DNA of 64,000 nt from Bacilli bacterium (GTDB taxonomy: Bacteria; Bacillota_I; Bacilli_A; RF39; UBA660): assembly GCA_051872415.1 (NCBI GenBank), contig JBJEDW010000083.1, positions 750 through 64,749 of the forward strand. The letters run 5' to 3'. Position numbers and translations under genes: made by a program. How positions within the stretch are numbered: position 1 is the stretch's first letter; the number at the start of each line of letters is the position of its first letter. Under the pieces are notes generated by a model. The model had not been told where the DNA came from and did not search any database. It was given only the letters and a program-made list of their open reading frames with translations. Shown here piece by piece: positions 19,509 through 29,433 of this stretch.

Positions 19509-20924
19509 TTATTTCTTAGTATTTTTATTTGAACTATTTTCTTTTATTTTGCATTTAAAGTAAAAACAAGAACCTTTATTTAATTTTGAATTTATACCAT
19601 ATTCGAATTTATGTTCTTCTAGAATTTCTTTTACTATAGAAAGTCCTAATCCAGTTCCTACAGAAGTTCTTCTGTGACGTTTGTTAATTCTGAAATATTT
19701 ATTCCATACTAGTTTTTTATCTTCTTCTTCAATGCCTTTTCCTGTATCGATTACATTAATTGTTAAGATGTCTTTGTTTTTTTCAAATGTTATTTTTACT
19801 TTTTTGTCTTTTCCAGTGTAGTTAATAGCATTATTTACAAGATTATAAATTACTCTTTCAATACCTTTTTTATCTGCGGTAATGATATAATCTTCTGTTT
19901 CATTAAATTCAAATATATAACCATCATTTTTATAAATTGCAAATCTTTCTAGAATAGTTTCTATTTCTTTTTTTATGTTTATATCTTCTAAATTTAACTT
20001 AGTTGTTTTACTTTCCATTTTTGAAAGAAGTAATATATCATTTACTAGCATATTTAGTCTTTCTGCCTCATCTATAATTATATTTAAATCACGTTCTCGT
20101 TTCTTTTTATTGTTATAATTTAGGTCTCTTGCAGATGCAGCATAGGCTTCAATCATAGTAAGTGGTGTTTTTAAATCATGACTTACATTTGCTAAAAATT
20201 CTCTTCGTAATTCTTCTGTTTTGTTTAACTCTTTAGCGGTGTTATTAAGAGTTTCAGAAAGCTCTTTAAGTTCAAATACTTCTGTTTCACAAGTAAACTT
20301 TACTTCGCTATTTTTATCCGCGAGTTTTTTTGCAGATTGATTAATTTTTAAAATTGGATCTGCTATTCTTCTAGAAAAATAATATGATATTATAAATGAT
20401 AATAATAAAACTGTTAAAGCTACATATAAAAATTGACCTTTTAAAAGATTAATACTTTTATCCATTGGCTCAAGAGAAGAATTCGCAAAAACATAAGTAT
20501 CATTTTTTAATTTTTTACCATAAACTAGTGATTTATTATTGTATCGATCATTAACAAAATCTACTTTTAAATATTTTTTATCACTATCCATAAAACTACT
20601 TGTAATGACTCCGAGAACATTATCATCTTTTCCAGCACAATGTTTATAATAATCAGAATAATAAATAAGTTCTCCATCTTTAACTATTTGAATACATACT
20701 TCGTTATTTAAAGAAAGTTCATTAAATATAAGTTCTGCATTTTCTTTATTGATATTTTTTTCAATAGAATTTACTGTTTGTTCTAATGTATTAGTTTGAT
20801 TTATTTTATAATAAGTATTAAAGAATATAATTTGGAAAAAGTATAAGAAACCAAGAATAACTGCGGAAAAGATTAAGAAATAAATTAAAAGATTCGCTCT
20901 TAAACTTCTAGTTTTGAACTTCAA
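19509..20924 (-). CDS. Sensor histidine kinase (two TM segments, HAMP, HisKA, HATPase_c)
   Basis: H-box FLANVSHDLKTPLT, N-box NLVNNAINYT, G-boxes DTGKGI and GTGLGLSIV. Confidence 0.85.
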   Translation of the reverse strand: MKFKTRSLRANLLIYFLIFSAVILGFLYFFQIIFFNTYYKINQTNTLEQTVNSIEKNINKENAELIFNELSLNNEVCIQIVKDGELIYYSDYYKHCAGKDDNVLGVITSSFMDSDKKYLKVDFVNDRYNNKSLVYGKKLKNDTYVFANSSLEPMDKSINLLKGQFLYVALTVLLLSFIISYYFSRRIADPILKINQSAKKLADKNSEVKFTCETEVFELKELSETLNNTAKELNKTEELRREFLANVSHDLKTPLTMIEAYAASARDLNYNNKKKRERDLNIIIDEAERLNMLVNDILLLSKMESKTTKLNLEDINIKKEIETILERFAIYKNDGYIFEFNETEDYIITADKKGIERVIYNLVNNAINYTGKDKKVKITFEKNKDILTINVIDTGKGIEEEDKKLVWNKYFRINKRHRRTSVGTGLGLSIVKEILEEHKFEYGINSKLNKGSCFYFKCKIKENSSNKNTKK

Positions 20925-21588
20925 ATTTATACCCTACTGCTCTGACGGTCTTTATTAAGTTTCTGTATTCACCAAGGTTATTTCTAAGCATTTTTATGTG
21001 TGTATCTATTGTCCTGTCATCTCCATAGAAATCATATCCCCATACTTTACTTAATAATTGTTCTCTTGATAAAGCAACATTTTTGTTTTCTATAAAATAA
21101 ACTAAAAGATTATATTCTTTAGGAGTTAATAACACTTCTTTTCCTTTGATTGTTACACTATGTCCTACTTTATCTACTTTTAAATTTTCATATTCAAAAA
21201 TATTATTATCTTCTTTATTATTTCTTTTTAAAATAGCTTTTATTCTAGCCATTAATTCTTTTGGAGAAAATGGTTTAGTCACATAATCATCTACTCCAAG
21301 ATCAAATCCAAGCAGTTTGTCTGCTTCTTCACTTCTAGCAGACAAGACAATAGTAGGAATATTTTTTATATCTTTTATTTGTCTATAGGATGAATATCCA
21401 TCTAATTTTGGCATCATTAAATCAAGAATAATAATGTCATAATCATTTTCTCTTACCTTTTCGATTGCTTCAAGACCGTTTTCTGCTTCATCTGTTAAAT
21501 AACCTTCATTATGACAGTAATCTCTGATAATATTTCTAATTAATTTTTCATCATCTACAATTAATACTTTCATATACTTCTCCTCCAA
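20908..21588 (-). CDS. OmpR-family response regulator
   Basis: Receiver domain (VLIVDDE...DIIILDLMMP...K) plus a winged-helix output (LTPKEYNLLVYF...RTIDTHIKMLR...VRAVGYKF). Overlaps the HK gene by 17 nt. Confidence 0.9.
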   Translation of the reverse strand: MEEKYMKVLIVDDEKLIRNIIRDYCHNEGYLTDEAENGLEAIEKVRENDYDIIILDLMMPKLDGYSSYRQIKDIKNIPTIVLSARSEEADKLLGFDLGVDDYVTKPFSPKELMARIKAILKRNNKEDNNIFEYENLKVDKVGHSVTIKGKEVLLTPKEYNLLVYFIENKNVALSREQLLSKVWGYDFYGDDRTIDTHIKMLRNNLGEYRNLIKTVRAVGYKFEVQN

Positions 21589-21608
21589 CTAAATTATAAC
21601 ATATATTG

Positions 21609-21885
21609 AAAAAAAGACCTAAGTCTTTTAGTTTTTTTTAAATGAAAGAGGTAAAGTAAATATATTTGATATGGATTTGGTTTATTTTTGGTTAAGGTTT
21701 GTAATAAACTAACAATTTATAAGACATAAACATAATTAATGTATAAAATTATGTCTCCATTACCTTACGATAATGGTTTCCTGCTTCATACTTTCTTTAA
21801 TTTTATTAGGCAGGCATAACTTCCGATAATCTTTATCGGACTGTATAAAAATAAAAGTGAAAACTAATTTTATAACCTCTTTCAT
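21609..21885 (-). ncRNA. Candidate structured small RNA of unknown class
   Basis: A perfect 11-bp long-range inverted repeat (21642-21652 / 21875-21885) encloses four perfect local hairpins: 21822-21840, 21780-21814, 21757-21776 and 21722-21756. It is followed on the minus strand by a hairpin plus T-run (21612-21629). There is no ORF with an RBS, and the RR gene downstream has its own extended -10 (TGTTATAAT). Confidence 0.3.
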
Positions 21886-22074
21886 CAAATATTTTAGTAA
21901 AATGATGTGGTAATAATAAGTAAAAAAAATGAAAATTTTGTGAAATTATTATTTAAATTTATTTTATTTTTAAACCACCAATTTTATTTAAAATTAAATT
22001 TTTGTATATTCTTTTCCATTTTAATATAATTTCAACAAATACGATGGTAACTATCATTGCATTAAAAAAATGTT

Positions 22075-22096
22075 AAAAAGAGCGAAAATCGCTCTA
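22075..22096 (-). terminator. Intrinsic terminator of spoIVB
   Basis: AGAGCG-aaaat-CGCTCT hairpin overlapping the TAG stop. It is flanked by an A-run and a T-run, so it could act in both directions. Confidence 0.6.
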
Positions 22097-23071
22097 TTTT
22101 TCTGATTCTTTTAGCATATTTGTAATCATAATACCATAACCTTTATGTGGATTATCTACTACTACGTGAGTTACTGCTCCAACTAGTTTATTATCTTGAA
22201 TGATTGGAGAACCACTCATACCTTGGACAATACCGTTTCCTTTACTTAATAATGTTTCATCTGTTACTTCAAATAAAATATTTTTTGTTTTGTGATTTTT
22301 ATCTACATTTAAGATGGTTATTTCAAACTCTTGTTTCTTTTGTCCCAATATTACTGTTTTTATAATTGCCTTACCAGGTTTTATATCGCTTGAAATTTTT
22401 ATTAAATCATTTTTGTCATAACTTTTCGAATAATTACCGTAGATGCCTGTTATATCATTTTTATCAATATTACCATATACTTCGTCTTCATTATATATAG
22501 CATTTTTTTCTCCAACTGAGCCACGATCTGCCTTTTCTATACCAGTAACATTAGATTCAAAAATTGTTCCATCCTTGATTTCAAATTTTGTTCCTGTAGT
22601 TTGTTCAAGTATTTCATGTCCAAGTGCTCCGAATCTTTTTGTAGATGGGTCGATAAAGGTAAGTGTACCGATTCCTACAATACTATCTTTTACATAAAGT
22701 CCTGTTTTGTAAGTTTCATTTTCTTTTACTAAGTTTAAAGTCGTATTTTTAGTAACATTTCCGTGTTTATAAGTAATTTTTAAAGTTTTACTATCATTAA
22801 AATGTTTTGATAGATCAGTTATCCCTTGAATAACAGTGTCATCTACCTTTAATATAGTATCCCCTATTTTTAAACCTGCTTCTCTACCAGGTGAAGTTCC
22901 TTTAACATCATAAAATCCTACAATCAAAACACCGTTTGAACTAACTTCAATTCCGACATTTTCTCCACCTAAAATAACTTCTTCTGAATAAGCATTAGCA
23001 GAAATTGGTATAATAATAGTAGCTAAAGAAAGAATCAGTAATAGTTTGTTTTTAAAATTTTTAAAAATCAT
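22094..23071 (-). CDS. spoIVB: SpoIVB peptidase (S55 signalling serine protease)
   Basis: Signal/anchor sequence, PDZ domain (GLKIGDTILKVDD), and protease core (GTLTFIDP...FGALGH; GMSGSPI). Confidence 0.85.
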   Translation of the reverse strand: MIFKNFKNKLLLILSLATIIIPISANAYSEEVILGGENVGIEVSSNGVLIVGFYDVKGTSPGREAGLKIGDTILKVDDTVIQGITDLSKHFNDSKTLKITYKHGNVTKNTTLNLVKENETYKTGLYVKDSIVGIGTLTFIDPSTKRFGALGHEILEQTTGTKFEIKDGTIFESNVTGIEKADRGSVGEKNAIYNEDEVYGNIDKNDITGIYGNYSKSYDKNDLIKISSDIKPGKAIIKTVILGQKKQEFEITILNVDKNHKTKNILFEVTDETLLSKGNGIVQGMSGSPIIQDNKLVGAVTHVVVDNPHKGYGIMITNMLKESEK

Positions 23072-23477
23072 TTAATCAACTCCTTAAACAAACTACATTA
23101 TTATTATTAGCAAGATAATTTATTTTATATTATATAAAAATTGGTAAAAGTACATTTTGATTTTTTTGGTTAGTTAGATAATTTTTTTTAAAACTTAAAA
23201 TTAAAATTAGAACAAAAATAAACAATAAATTTAAATGAATTGACATCAATATATATTATATGTGTATTTTATTAGTAAATTTTTATATTAATAGTTGAGT
23301 TTGTTGTTAATTAATTATTTTAAAAAAGAATCATTTTTTTAGTTTTTATGAATTTGGTAAATGTTTCTTAGCATAAAACTTTAAAACATGTGAAAAGGAG
23401 CCATAAAGCTACGACTCCTTACTAGCTAATTTATCATATGAAAGTTTATTTATCTCAATTACTTGATAAAAGTCTTT

Positions 23478-25070
23478 TTAATCAAATAAAGGTTTTAAAT
23501 TACCTAAAGTTGGTCCATATATAATACTTGTTCCCTTAATACTTTTTCGATTTGAAGCACTATAGAAAATATAATAATTACCATTTTTATAAAACATACT
23601 ACTTCTATAAATACCTCTACTATCCCAAGCATCGTTATCTTTTGATGGTCCTAAAACTTTGGCAGCATCTGACCATTCTTTATTGTCTATGCTTTTAGAA
23701 TAATATAAAGACATAACTGTTTCGTTTCTTAATTTTTGAAGTTTTGGTACCGCTATAAAGAGCATTTCATATTTTCCATTATTTTTAATTACATCTAAAT
23801 GCCATGGATATAATTTGCTAGATGATGTTTTCATATGAAATACCTTTCTATCAGTCGCTTGGTTAAAAGGCAGTGACTCGTATTCCTCATATATAATTTC
23901 CCAACTATTGTAGTTATTAGCATACCACATTTTGTATTTTTCATCTTCAAATATTATTGTAGGACTTAATAATTTGTTAGGATTATTGCCAGTTCTAGAA
24001 ACTTTATATATTTCTTGTGCCATGCTCCATTTGTGACCATCAGTGGTGTATTTCATATAAAGTGTTTCTCCATTTTCATCCCATCTACGCCAAAAGCACT
24101 CTATTCTATTCAATTTATTATTGTAAACCAATTCTGCATCTGAATTATATAAAGTTTTTCCTAATCCTTTGCCTCTAGCAACGTCAAGGGGATTTGGTGT
24201 ACCTGATGGAGTAATCCAATTTTTCATATCATTGCTTACCTTTATGTGAGGATTTTCTTTTGCTGAATTATTTTTAGGATATGGCGTGAATACTAACCAA
24301 TATTTATACCCCATCCAACCATTTTGGAAAAATAATATATCTGGATGATATGCCTCTATATCACCATATACACTTTTTAAATTTAATCTATATTTTGCGT
24401 TGCTTTCGCCAGTTGTTTCCCAATTTATTTTTGAATAATTACTATAAATTTTTTTGTTGTTTTTTAAAACTTTAACAGCTCTTACTTTATAATAAAACGT
24501 GTGATACTTTTTAAGATTATTGTCGATGTATTTGGTATTTTTTGTGATAGCTATTCTCTTATATTTTCCTTTCTTAGTAGATGCTCTGTAAATTTCATAG
24601 TAAGTTGCATAGGGTATTTTTTTATATTTTATGGTCAAACCTTGTTTACCATATATTGCTATTTTTGTAATTGGTTTCAAAAGGTTAACTTTTACTTTTT
24701 TTACAGAACTATACTTTGAATAAATTGTTCTTTTTCCTGACTTTTTATAGGCACGTACTTTGTAATAATATGTATGATTAAGCTTTACATTAATATTAAC
24801 GACACAATTATTTTTTGTCGTGCCTATTTTTTTATATTTTCCTTTTGTTTGATTTGAAAAGTAAACAATGTATCCTTTTGCATTTTTTACATTTTTCCAA
24901 CAAATCTTATTTTTGTCATAATCACTTTGATAAACTTTTAAGTTTTCTACTTTTTCTTCTAGAAAAACTTTATTTACTGCTTTATGTTCATTTAATATTA
25001 GTGCATCTATTCCAGCTATATTTCCAAAAAATAAGCCTATTATTAATATTGAAATTATACTTTTTTTGAT
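23478..25070 (-). CDS. Secreted protein: signal/anchor, two Fn3-like repeats, beta-propeller glycoside-hydrolase-like domain
   Basis: The reading frame is open from 25088 down to 23478. I extend the track ORF (TTG 24680) upstream to ATC 25070, which lies 8 nt after AGGAGG. The extension adds the hydrophobic N-terminus IKKSIISILIIGLFFGNIAG and a repeat (HTYYYKVRAYKKSGKRTIYSKYS) paralogous to HTFYYKVRAVKVLKNNKKIYSNYS. The C-terminal YHPDILFF..GY.YWLVFTPYP...ENPHI pattern resembles the GH43/32 superfamily (by eye). Confidence 0.55.
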   Translation of the reverse strand: MKKSIISILIIGLFFGNIAGIDALILNEHKAVNKVFLEEKVENLKVYQSDYDKNKICWKNVKNAKGYIVYFSNQTKGKYKKIGTTKNNCVVNINVKLNHTYYYKVRAYKKSGKRTIYSKYSSVKKVKVNLLKPITKIAIYGKQGLTIKYKKIPYATYYEIYRASTKKGKYKRIAITKNTKYIDNNLKKYHTFYYKVRAVKVLKNNKKIYSNYSKINWETTGESNAKYRLNLKSVYGDIEAYHPDILFFQNGWMGYKYWLVFTPYPKNNSAKENPHIKVSNDMKNWITPSGTPNPLDVARGKGLGKTLYNSDAELVYNNKLNRIECFWRRWDENGETLYMKYTTDGHKWSMAQEIYKVSRTGNNPNKLLSPTIIFEDEKYKMWYANNYNSWEIIYEEYESLPFNQATDRKVFHMKTSSSKLYPWHLDVIKNNGKYEMLFIAVPKLQKLRNETVMSLYYSKSIDNKEWSDAAKVLGPSKDNDAWDSRGIYRSSMFYKNGNYYIFYSASNRKSIKGTSIIYGPTLGNLKPLFD

Positions 25071-25088
25071 GTGAAAAACCTCCTGTTT

Positions 25089-28000
25089 TTATTCTATAGT
25101 GCTGGAAAGGTCTTTTATAACTTTAAAGAATTCTTCGGAAATAAGTGCCGCAATTTTGTAAAATTCGTTGTAATTATCATCTAAAATTATTCTAATTAAA
25201 CTTTTCTTTGCTGGCTGATAAATAATTCTTTCATAAATATACTGTTTGTTATCAATAAGTTGTTTACGTATCAAATTATATATTTCTTTCTTTTTATCTT
25301 CAGAATACCTATTAAAATTATTTATCAAAACATACATATGATGATTGATAAATATTTTCATGTACTGAATTTTCATATTTTCATTAGAAATATTAATAAT
25401 CTTGTTAACTTTATCTATTCTTTCATAAATATTTTCCATCGTAATTGTAGTAGTAATCGAAGTATCTTTACCGTAAATATTCCAAGTATAAGTTACATTA
25501 GGAATATAACCTATGTTAGGAAAATATTTATATATCTCAGCCATAAAAAGTACATCTTCATAAAAACCTGGAGCAAATCTTATATTTGATTTTTTTAGTT
25601 CACGTAAATTATACAATTTAGAGGTACTTATAGAATCATCTAACACTTTTTCTCTATTAGGAAACTCATTAATTTTTCGTTTTCTATATAGCAACGGATA
25701 CCAATATGATGTGTGTTTGCTTTCAACATAAACTCTTCTACATAATCCGCATACAACATCCAGTTTTTCTTTGAGAGCAAAATCTACCATAATGTTTAAG
25801 GAACTTTTACAAATTTCATCATCAGAATCAAGAAAAAACACATATTCACCTTTTGCATGATCTATACCAAAATTTCGAGTTAAACCTGGGCCTTCATTTT
25901 TTTTGTAAAAGTATTTTACTTTTTTGTACTTATTACATATTTCTTGTGGATTTTCTTCGGAACCATCATTAATTACTAATACCTCATAATTTTTATAACC
26001 ACATTTTTTTATGGATTTTAACGCTTTATCAATAGTTGCGTTATTATTATAAAATGGCATTATTATTGATACAAGAGGTTCTTTTTTTCTTGAAAATAAT
26101 TTTTTTATTCTAAATTTTAGTGTAGATATTTCTATATAAAGATTACTCACTTTAAGGGAGTTACTATTTAAAAGCCTTCTCTTAAATTTTACTTTCTTTT
26201 TCTTTAATTTTTTGTGTACTTTTTTTGGTGTTACTAGAGTTAATGATTTTTCAGGTTGAGTCTTTTTTTGTAGTTCTAACAATTTTTGTTCTTCTTCATC
26301 TAACTCAGAAAATAGGTTTATCCATTTTTTTAAAATATTATCATTTGAAAATTTTTCAATAAATTCATCAAAATCACTATTTTTGATATCAAAATTTTCA
26401 TTTAAAACCTTTACGTATTCATCAATATCTCCAGTTTTTATTTTTCTTCCAATTTTATCGTTTAATAAGTCAGAAACTGCTGTAAATGAATCATAAGAAT
26501 AAACTGGGATACCATATTTATACGCCTCTAATATAATGTATGGGAAGCCTTCAGTTAAACTTGTCATAACGAGTCCTTGTTTATCCTTATACATTTCTTC
26601 TTTATTGTCGCAGTAACCATGTAAGATTACTTTATCCTCTACTTTTAATTCTTTTATTTTATTTTCAAAATCTTTCTTTAGACCACCATCACCATATACA
26701 TGAATTTTATAATTTTTATTTAAATTTTTATTTGAAAATATTTTTATTAAATCTTCTGGATTTTTATCATTATCAAGTCTTGTAACTGCTACAAATTCCC
26801 CGTTTTTTTTATAAAAATTCTTTCTCTCAGTGAAATCAAAACCGTTTTCAATATATGTTAATTTTTTCTTAATATCAGAGTTAACATGTTCAGATAAAAT
26901 TTCTTTATTTTTTTTTGTTAATAAAGCAAGTTTCATATAATTGGTTACTAAATAATTATTTAGAGTATCTAAATGTGTTTTATAATAATTTCTTTTAACT
27001 ACATCTTCAGTATCACCATGAAACATTAATAAAGTTTTTTTATTTTTCAAATATTGTTGCATAGCCATGAATGCCCCAAATTGACACCCAATAACATAAC
27101 CATCAGTATTTTCTAAAATTTGTTTTGTTTGTTTAGGATTTAATTCCTTACTTAGTTTTATATCTATAATATTTTCTTCATCAAAAAAATGGACTTCATC
27201 ATTTTTTTTAATAAACTCTTTTTTACCTATAACAATAATTTTTGAATTATATTTTTCTTTAAATCCTTTAGCTAAATTAAGTACAAAATTATGAATTCCT
27301 CCAATTTGATTGAGTTCATTAACTAAAAATATTATTTCCTTTGTTTCTCTAGGAGTTGAATCCAAATTAAGTTTACCTACCAATTCTTCCGTACTATTCT
27401 TTTTTTGATGTGGATAAAATTCTTTTCTGATCTTTTCTAAATTACTCTTTATTTTATCTATTTTTTCAACCAGATTATATAATTCATCCTCATTTTGAAC
27501 AATGTATTTTTCATCTACATAATCAGTAAGTTCAAACATAAAACCCCTGTCTTCTTCATATTGTTCTTTGTCATATTGATAAAAAATTGTAGGTTTTTTT
27601 AAAATTGAATAATCAAAAAATAAACTTGAATAATCAGTTATTAATGCATCAGAAATAGCAAGCAAATTGTTTACTGTTGAATAATTTGTTGCATCTATAA
27701 CGTTATTTGAATTTTCTAAAGTATTTAAATAATGCAATTTTGTAACTATTACCCAGTCATCACTAGGAAGCTTTTTAATCAATTCAGAAGCATTAAAAGG
27801 TAATTCAAAAACTCCTTCTTCACGAAATGTTGGTGCATACAATAATATTTTTTTATCTTTTGGTATCCCTATTTCTTCTTTAATTTTATTTGTTTGTTCT
27901 TTCGCTAGGAATAATGAGTCTGTCCTGGATACAGCAGTTTCTAATACATCACCTCTGTATAACATTGAATCTCTCAAAAAGTTTTTTGTATAGAATTCAG

Positions 28001-28391
28001 AAGGCGAAATCATTAAATCTATACCGTAGTCATATTCTAACGCTTGTTTGTAATATTTACTATCGAGCTTTACAAACATATTCTTATAAGGAATACCATG
28101 CCAAACACTTATCCTTTTTTGAGAATTAGAAAATTTCGTAAAACCATTTATTGAACCAGCATCTATAATGTAATCAGCTGTGATTTTTAAATATTGAGCA
28201 TAAGAACACTTATTATTGACATATGTAACTTTATTTTTCTCTTTTAAATCATCTTCGTATTTGTCACAAATAATATATACTTTAAACTTATCTATATAAT
28301 AATTTATAAAATTTTCTATGTCACCCATCGCTTTATGGTTATATGCCGATGGAATTAAAACTAATTGTTTTTTATTATTTATTATTTTCAT
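25089..28391 (-). CDS. Trifunctional fusion: TagB/F-type CDP-glycerol glycerophosphotransferase + GT4 glycosyltransferase + GT2 glycosyltransferase
   Basis: Residues 1-345 fit the TagF family (WHGIPYK...LLYAPTFR...ITDYSSLFFDY). Residues ~350-700 are GT4-like (GGIHNF...; EGFPYIILEAYKYGIPV). A Lys-rich linker follows. Residues ~770-1000 are GT2 (VSIIMPFYNN...VLVINDGS...LDSDD). Confidence 0.8.
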   Translation of the reverse strand: MKIINNKKQLVLIPSAYNHKAMGDIENFINYYIDKFKVYIICDKYEDDLKEKNKVTYVNNKCSYAQYLKITADYIIDAGSINGFTKFSNSQKRISVWHGIPYKNMFVKLDSKYYKQALEYDYGIDLMISPSEFYTKNFLRDSMLYRGDVLETAVSRTDSLFLAKEQTNKIKEEIGIPKDKKILLYAPTFREEGVFELPFNASELIKKLPSDDWVIVTKLHYLNTLENSNNVIDATNYSTVNNLLAISDALITDYSSLFFDYSILKKPTIFYQYDKEQYEEDRGFMFELTDYVDEKYIVQNEDELYNLVEKIDKIKSNLEKIRKEFYPHQKKNSTEELVGKLNLDSTPRETKEIIFLVNELNQIGGIHNFVLNLAKGFKEKYNSKIIVIGKKEFIKKNDEVHFFDEENIIDIKLSKELNPKQTKQILENTDGYVIGCQFGAFMAMQQYLKNKKTLLMFHGDTEDVVKRNYYKTHLDTLNNYLVTNYMKLALLTKKNKEILSEHVNSDIKKKLTYIENGFDFTERKNFYKKNGEFVAVTRLDNDKNPEDLIKIFSNKNLNKNYKIHVYGDGGLKKDFENKIKELKVEDKVILHGYCDNKEEMYKDKQGLVMTSLTEGFPYIILEAYKYGIPVYSYDSFTAVSDLLNDKIGRKIKTGDIDEYVKVLNENFDIKNSDFDEFIEKFSNDNILKKWINLFSELDEEEQKLLELQKKTQPEKSLTLVTPKKVHKKLKKKKVKFKRRLLNSNSLKVSNLYIEISTLKFRIKKLFSRKKEPLVSIIMPFYNNNATIDKALKSIKKCGYKNYEVLVINDGSEENPQEICNKYKKVKYFYKKNEGPGLTRNFGIDHAKGEYVFFLDSDDEICKSSLNIMVDFALKEKLDVVCGLCRRVYVESKHTSYWYPLLYRKRKINEFPNREKVLDDSISTSKLYNLRELKKSNIRFAPGFYEDVLFMAEIYKYFPNIGYIPNVTYTWNIYGKDTSITTTITMENIYERIDKVNKIINISNENMKIQYMKIFINHHMYVLINNFNRYSEDKKKEIYNLIRKQLIDNKQYIYERIIYQPAKKSLIRIILDDNYNEFYKIAALISEEFFKVIKDLSSTIE

Positions 28392-29388
28392 GTTTCACCT
28401 CATTATGTTTAACATATCTCCAAGCATCTCGGCACATATCTTCTATAGTTAATTCAGATTCCCAGTTCAATTCTGTTTTTGCTTTATCAACATTCGCATA
28501 ACATTCAGCAATATCACCTTCACGTCTTGGTGCAAACTCATAATTAACCTTTACATTGTTTACCTTTTCAAAGGTTTTTATCATTTCAAGAACACTATAT
28601 CCATTACCTGTTCCAAGGTTGTAGATATTTACCCCTGGCTTTATATGATTAAGTGCCGAAATATGTCCTTTAGATAAATCACAAACATGTATATAATCTC
28701 TAACTCCTGTGCCATCTTTAGTATTATAATCATTACCAAAGATACTAACTTTTTCCCTCTTTTTAGTTGCTACATCCATTATAATTGGCATCAAGTTGTT
28801 TGGAATTCCATTTGGATCTTCGCCAATTATACCACTTTTGTGCGCTCCAACAGGGTTAAAATAACGTAATATTACTATTTCCATATTTTTGTTAGCTTTA
28901 CTATAATCTAATAACATATTTTCAATCATTAATTTTGTCCTTCCATATGGATTTAATACCCCTGTTTCTGATTTTTCATATAAAGGCATTTTTTTAGCAT
29001 TTCCATAAACCGTTGCGGAACTACTAAATATCAATTTATTAACAGAGAATTTTTTCATTATTTCTAATAAATAAATAGTGCTTATTAAATTGTTATCAAA
29101 ATATTCCAACGGATTATCCACTGACTCGCCTACAGCCTTCAAACCAGCAAAATGTATTACAGCATCAATCTTTTCTTTTTTAAATATATATTCTATTTTA
29201 TCTCTGTCTCGTAAATCATTTTCATAAAACCTAACTTTTTTTGAAGTTATTTTTTCTATTTTTTTTACTACATCAATCTTTGAATTTGATAAATTATCTA
29301 CAATAACTACTTCATGCCCCTCATTCATTAAATCAACACAAGTATGGCTTCCAATAAATCCAGTCCCTCCTGTTACTAAAATTGTCAT
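28375..29388 (-). CDS. galE: UDP-glucose 4-epimerase
   Basis: ILVTGGTGFIGSH Rossmann motif, SSSATVYG, and the YGRTK catalytic motif. ~337 aa. Confidence 0.9.
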   Translation of the reverse strand: MTILVTGGTGFIGSHTCVDLMNEGHEVVIVDNLSNSKIDVVKKIEKITSKKVRFYENDLRDRDKIEYIFKKEKIDAVIHFAGLKAVGESVDNPLEYFDNNLISTIYLLEIMKKFSVNKLIFSSSATVYGNAKKMPLYEKSETGVLNPYGRTKLMIENMLLDYSKANKNMEIVILRYFNPVGAHKSGIIGEDPNGIPNNLMPIIMDVATKKREKVSIFGNDYNTKDGTGVRDYIHVCDLSKGHISALNHIKPGVNIYNLGTGNGYSVLEMIKTFEKVNNVKVNYEFAPRREGDIAECYANVDKAKTELNWESELTIEDMCRDAWRYVKHNEVKHENNK

Positions 29389-29433
29389 ATAAAATCCTCA
29401 CTTTCTAATTTTTAAATATGTATATTTATAGTA

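Noticed and set aside
21609-21885. The structured RNA candidate as SRP RNA, 6S RNA or tmRNA
   Set aside because: TCCG...CGGAAG and GAAGCAGG superficially recall the SRP domain IV sequence GUCCGGAAGGAAGCAGC, but the loop and symmetric-loop arrangement do not match. The multi-hairpin layout is unlike the 6S rod with a central bubble. There are no tRNA-like ends as in tmRNA.
23394-23422. Hairpin AAGGAG-n14-CTCCTT downstream of the Fn3/beta-propeller gene as its terminator
   Set aside because: The stem is only 6 bp, the loop is 14 nt, and the T-run on the minus strand is interrupted (TTCACATGTTTT). That is too weak to list as a feature.
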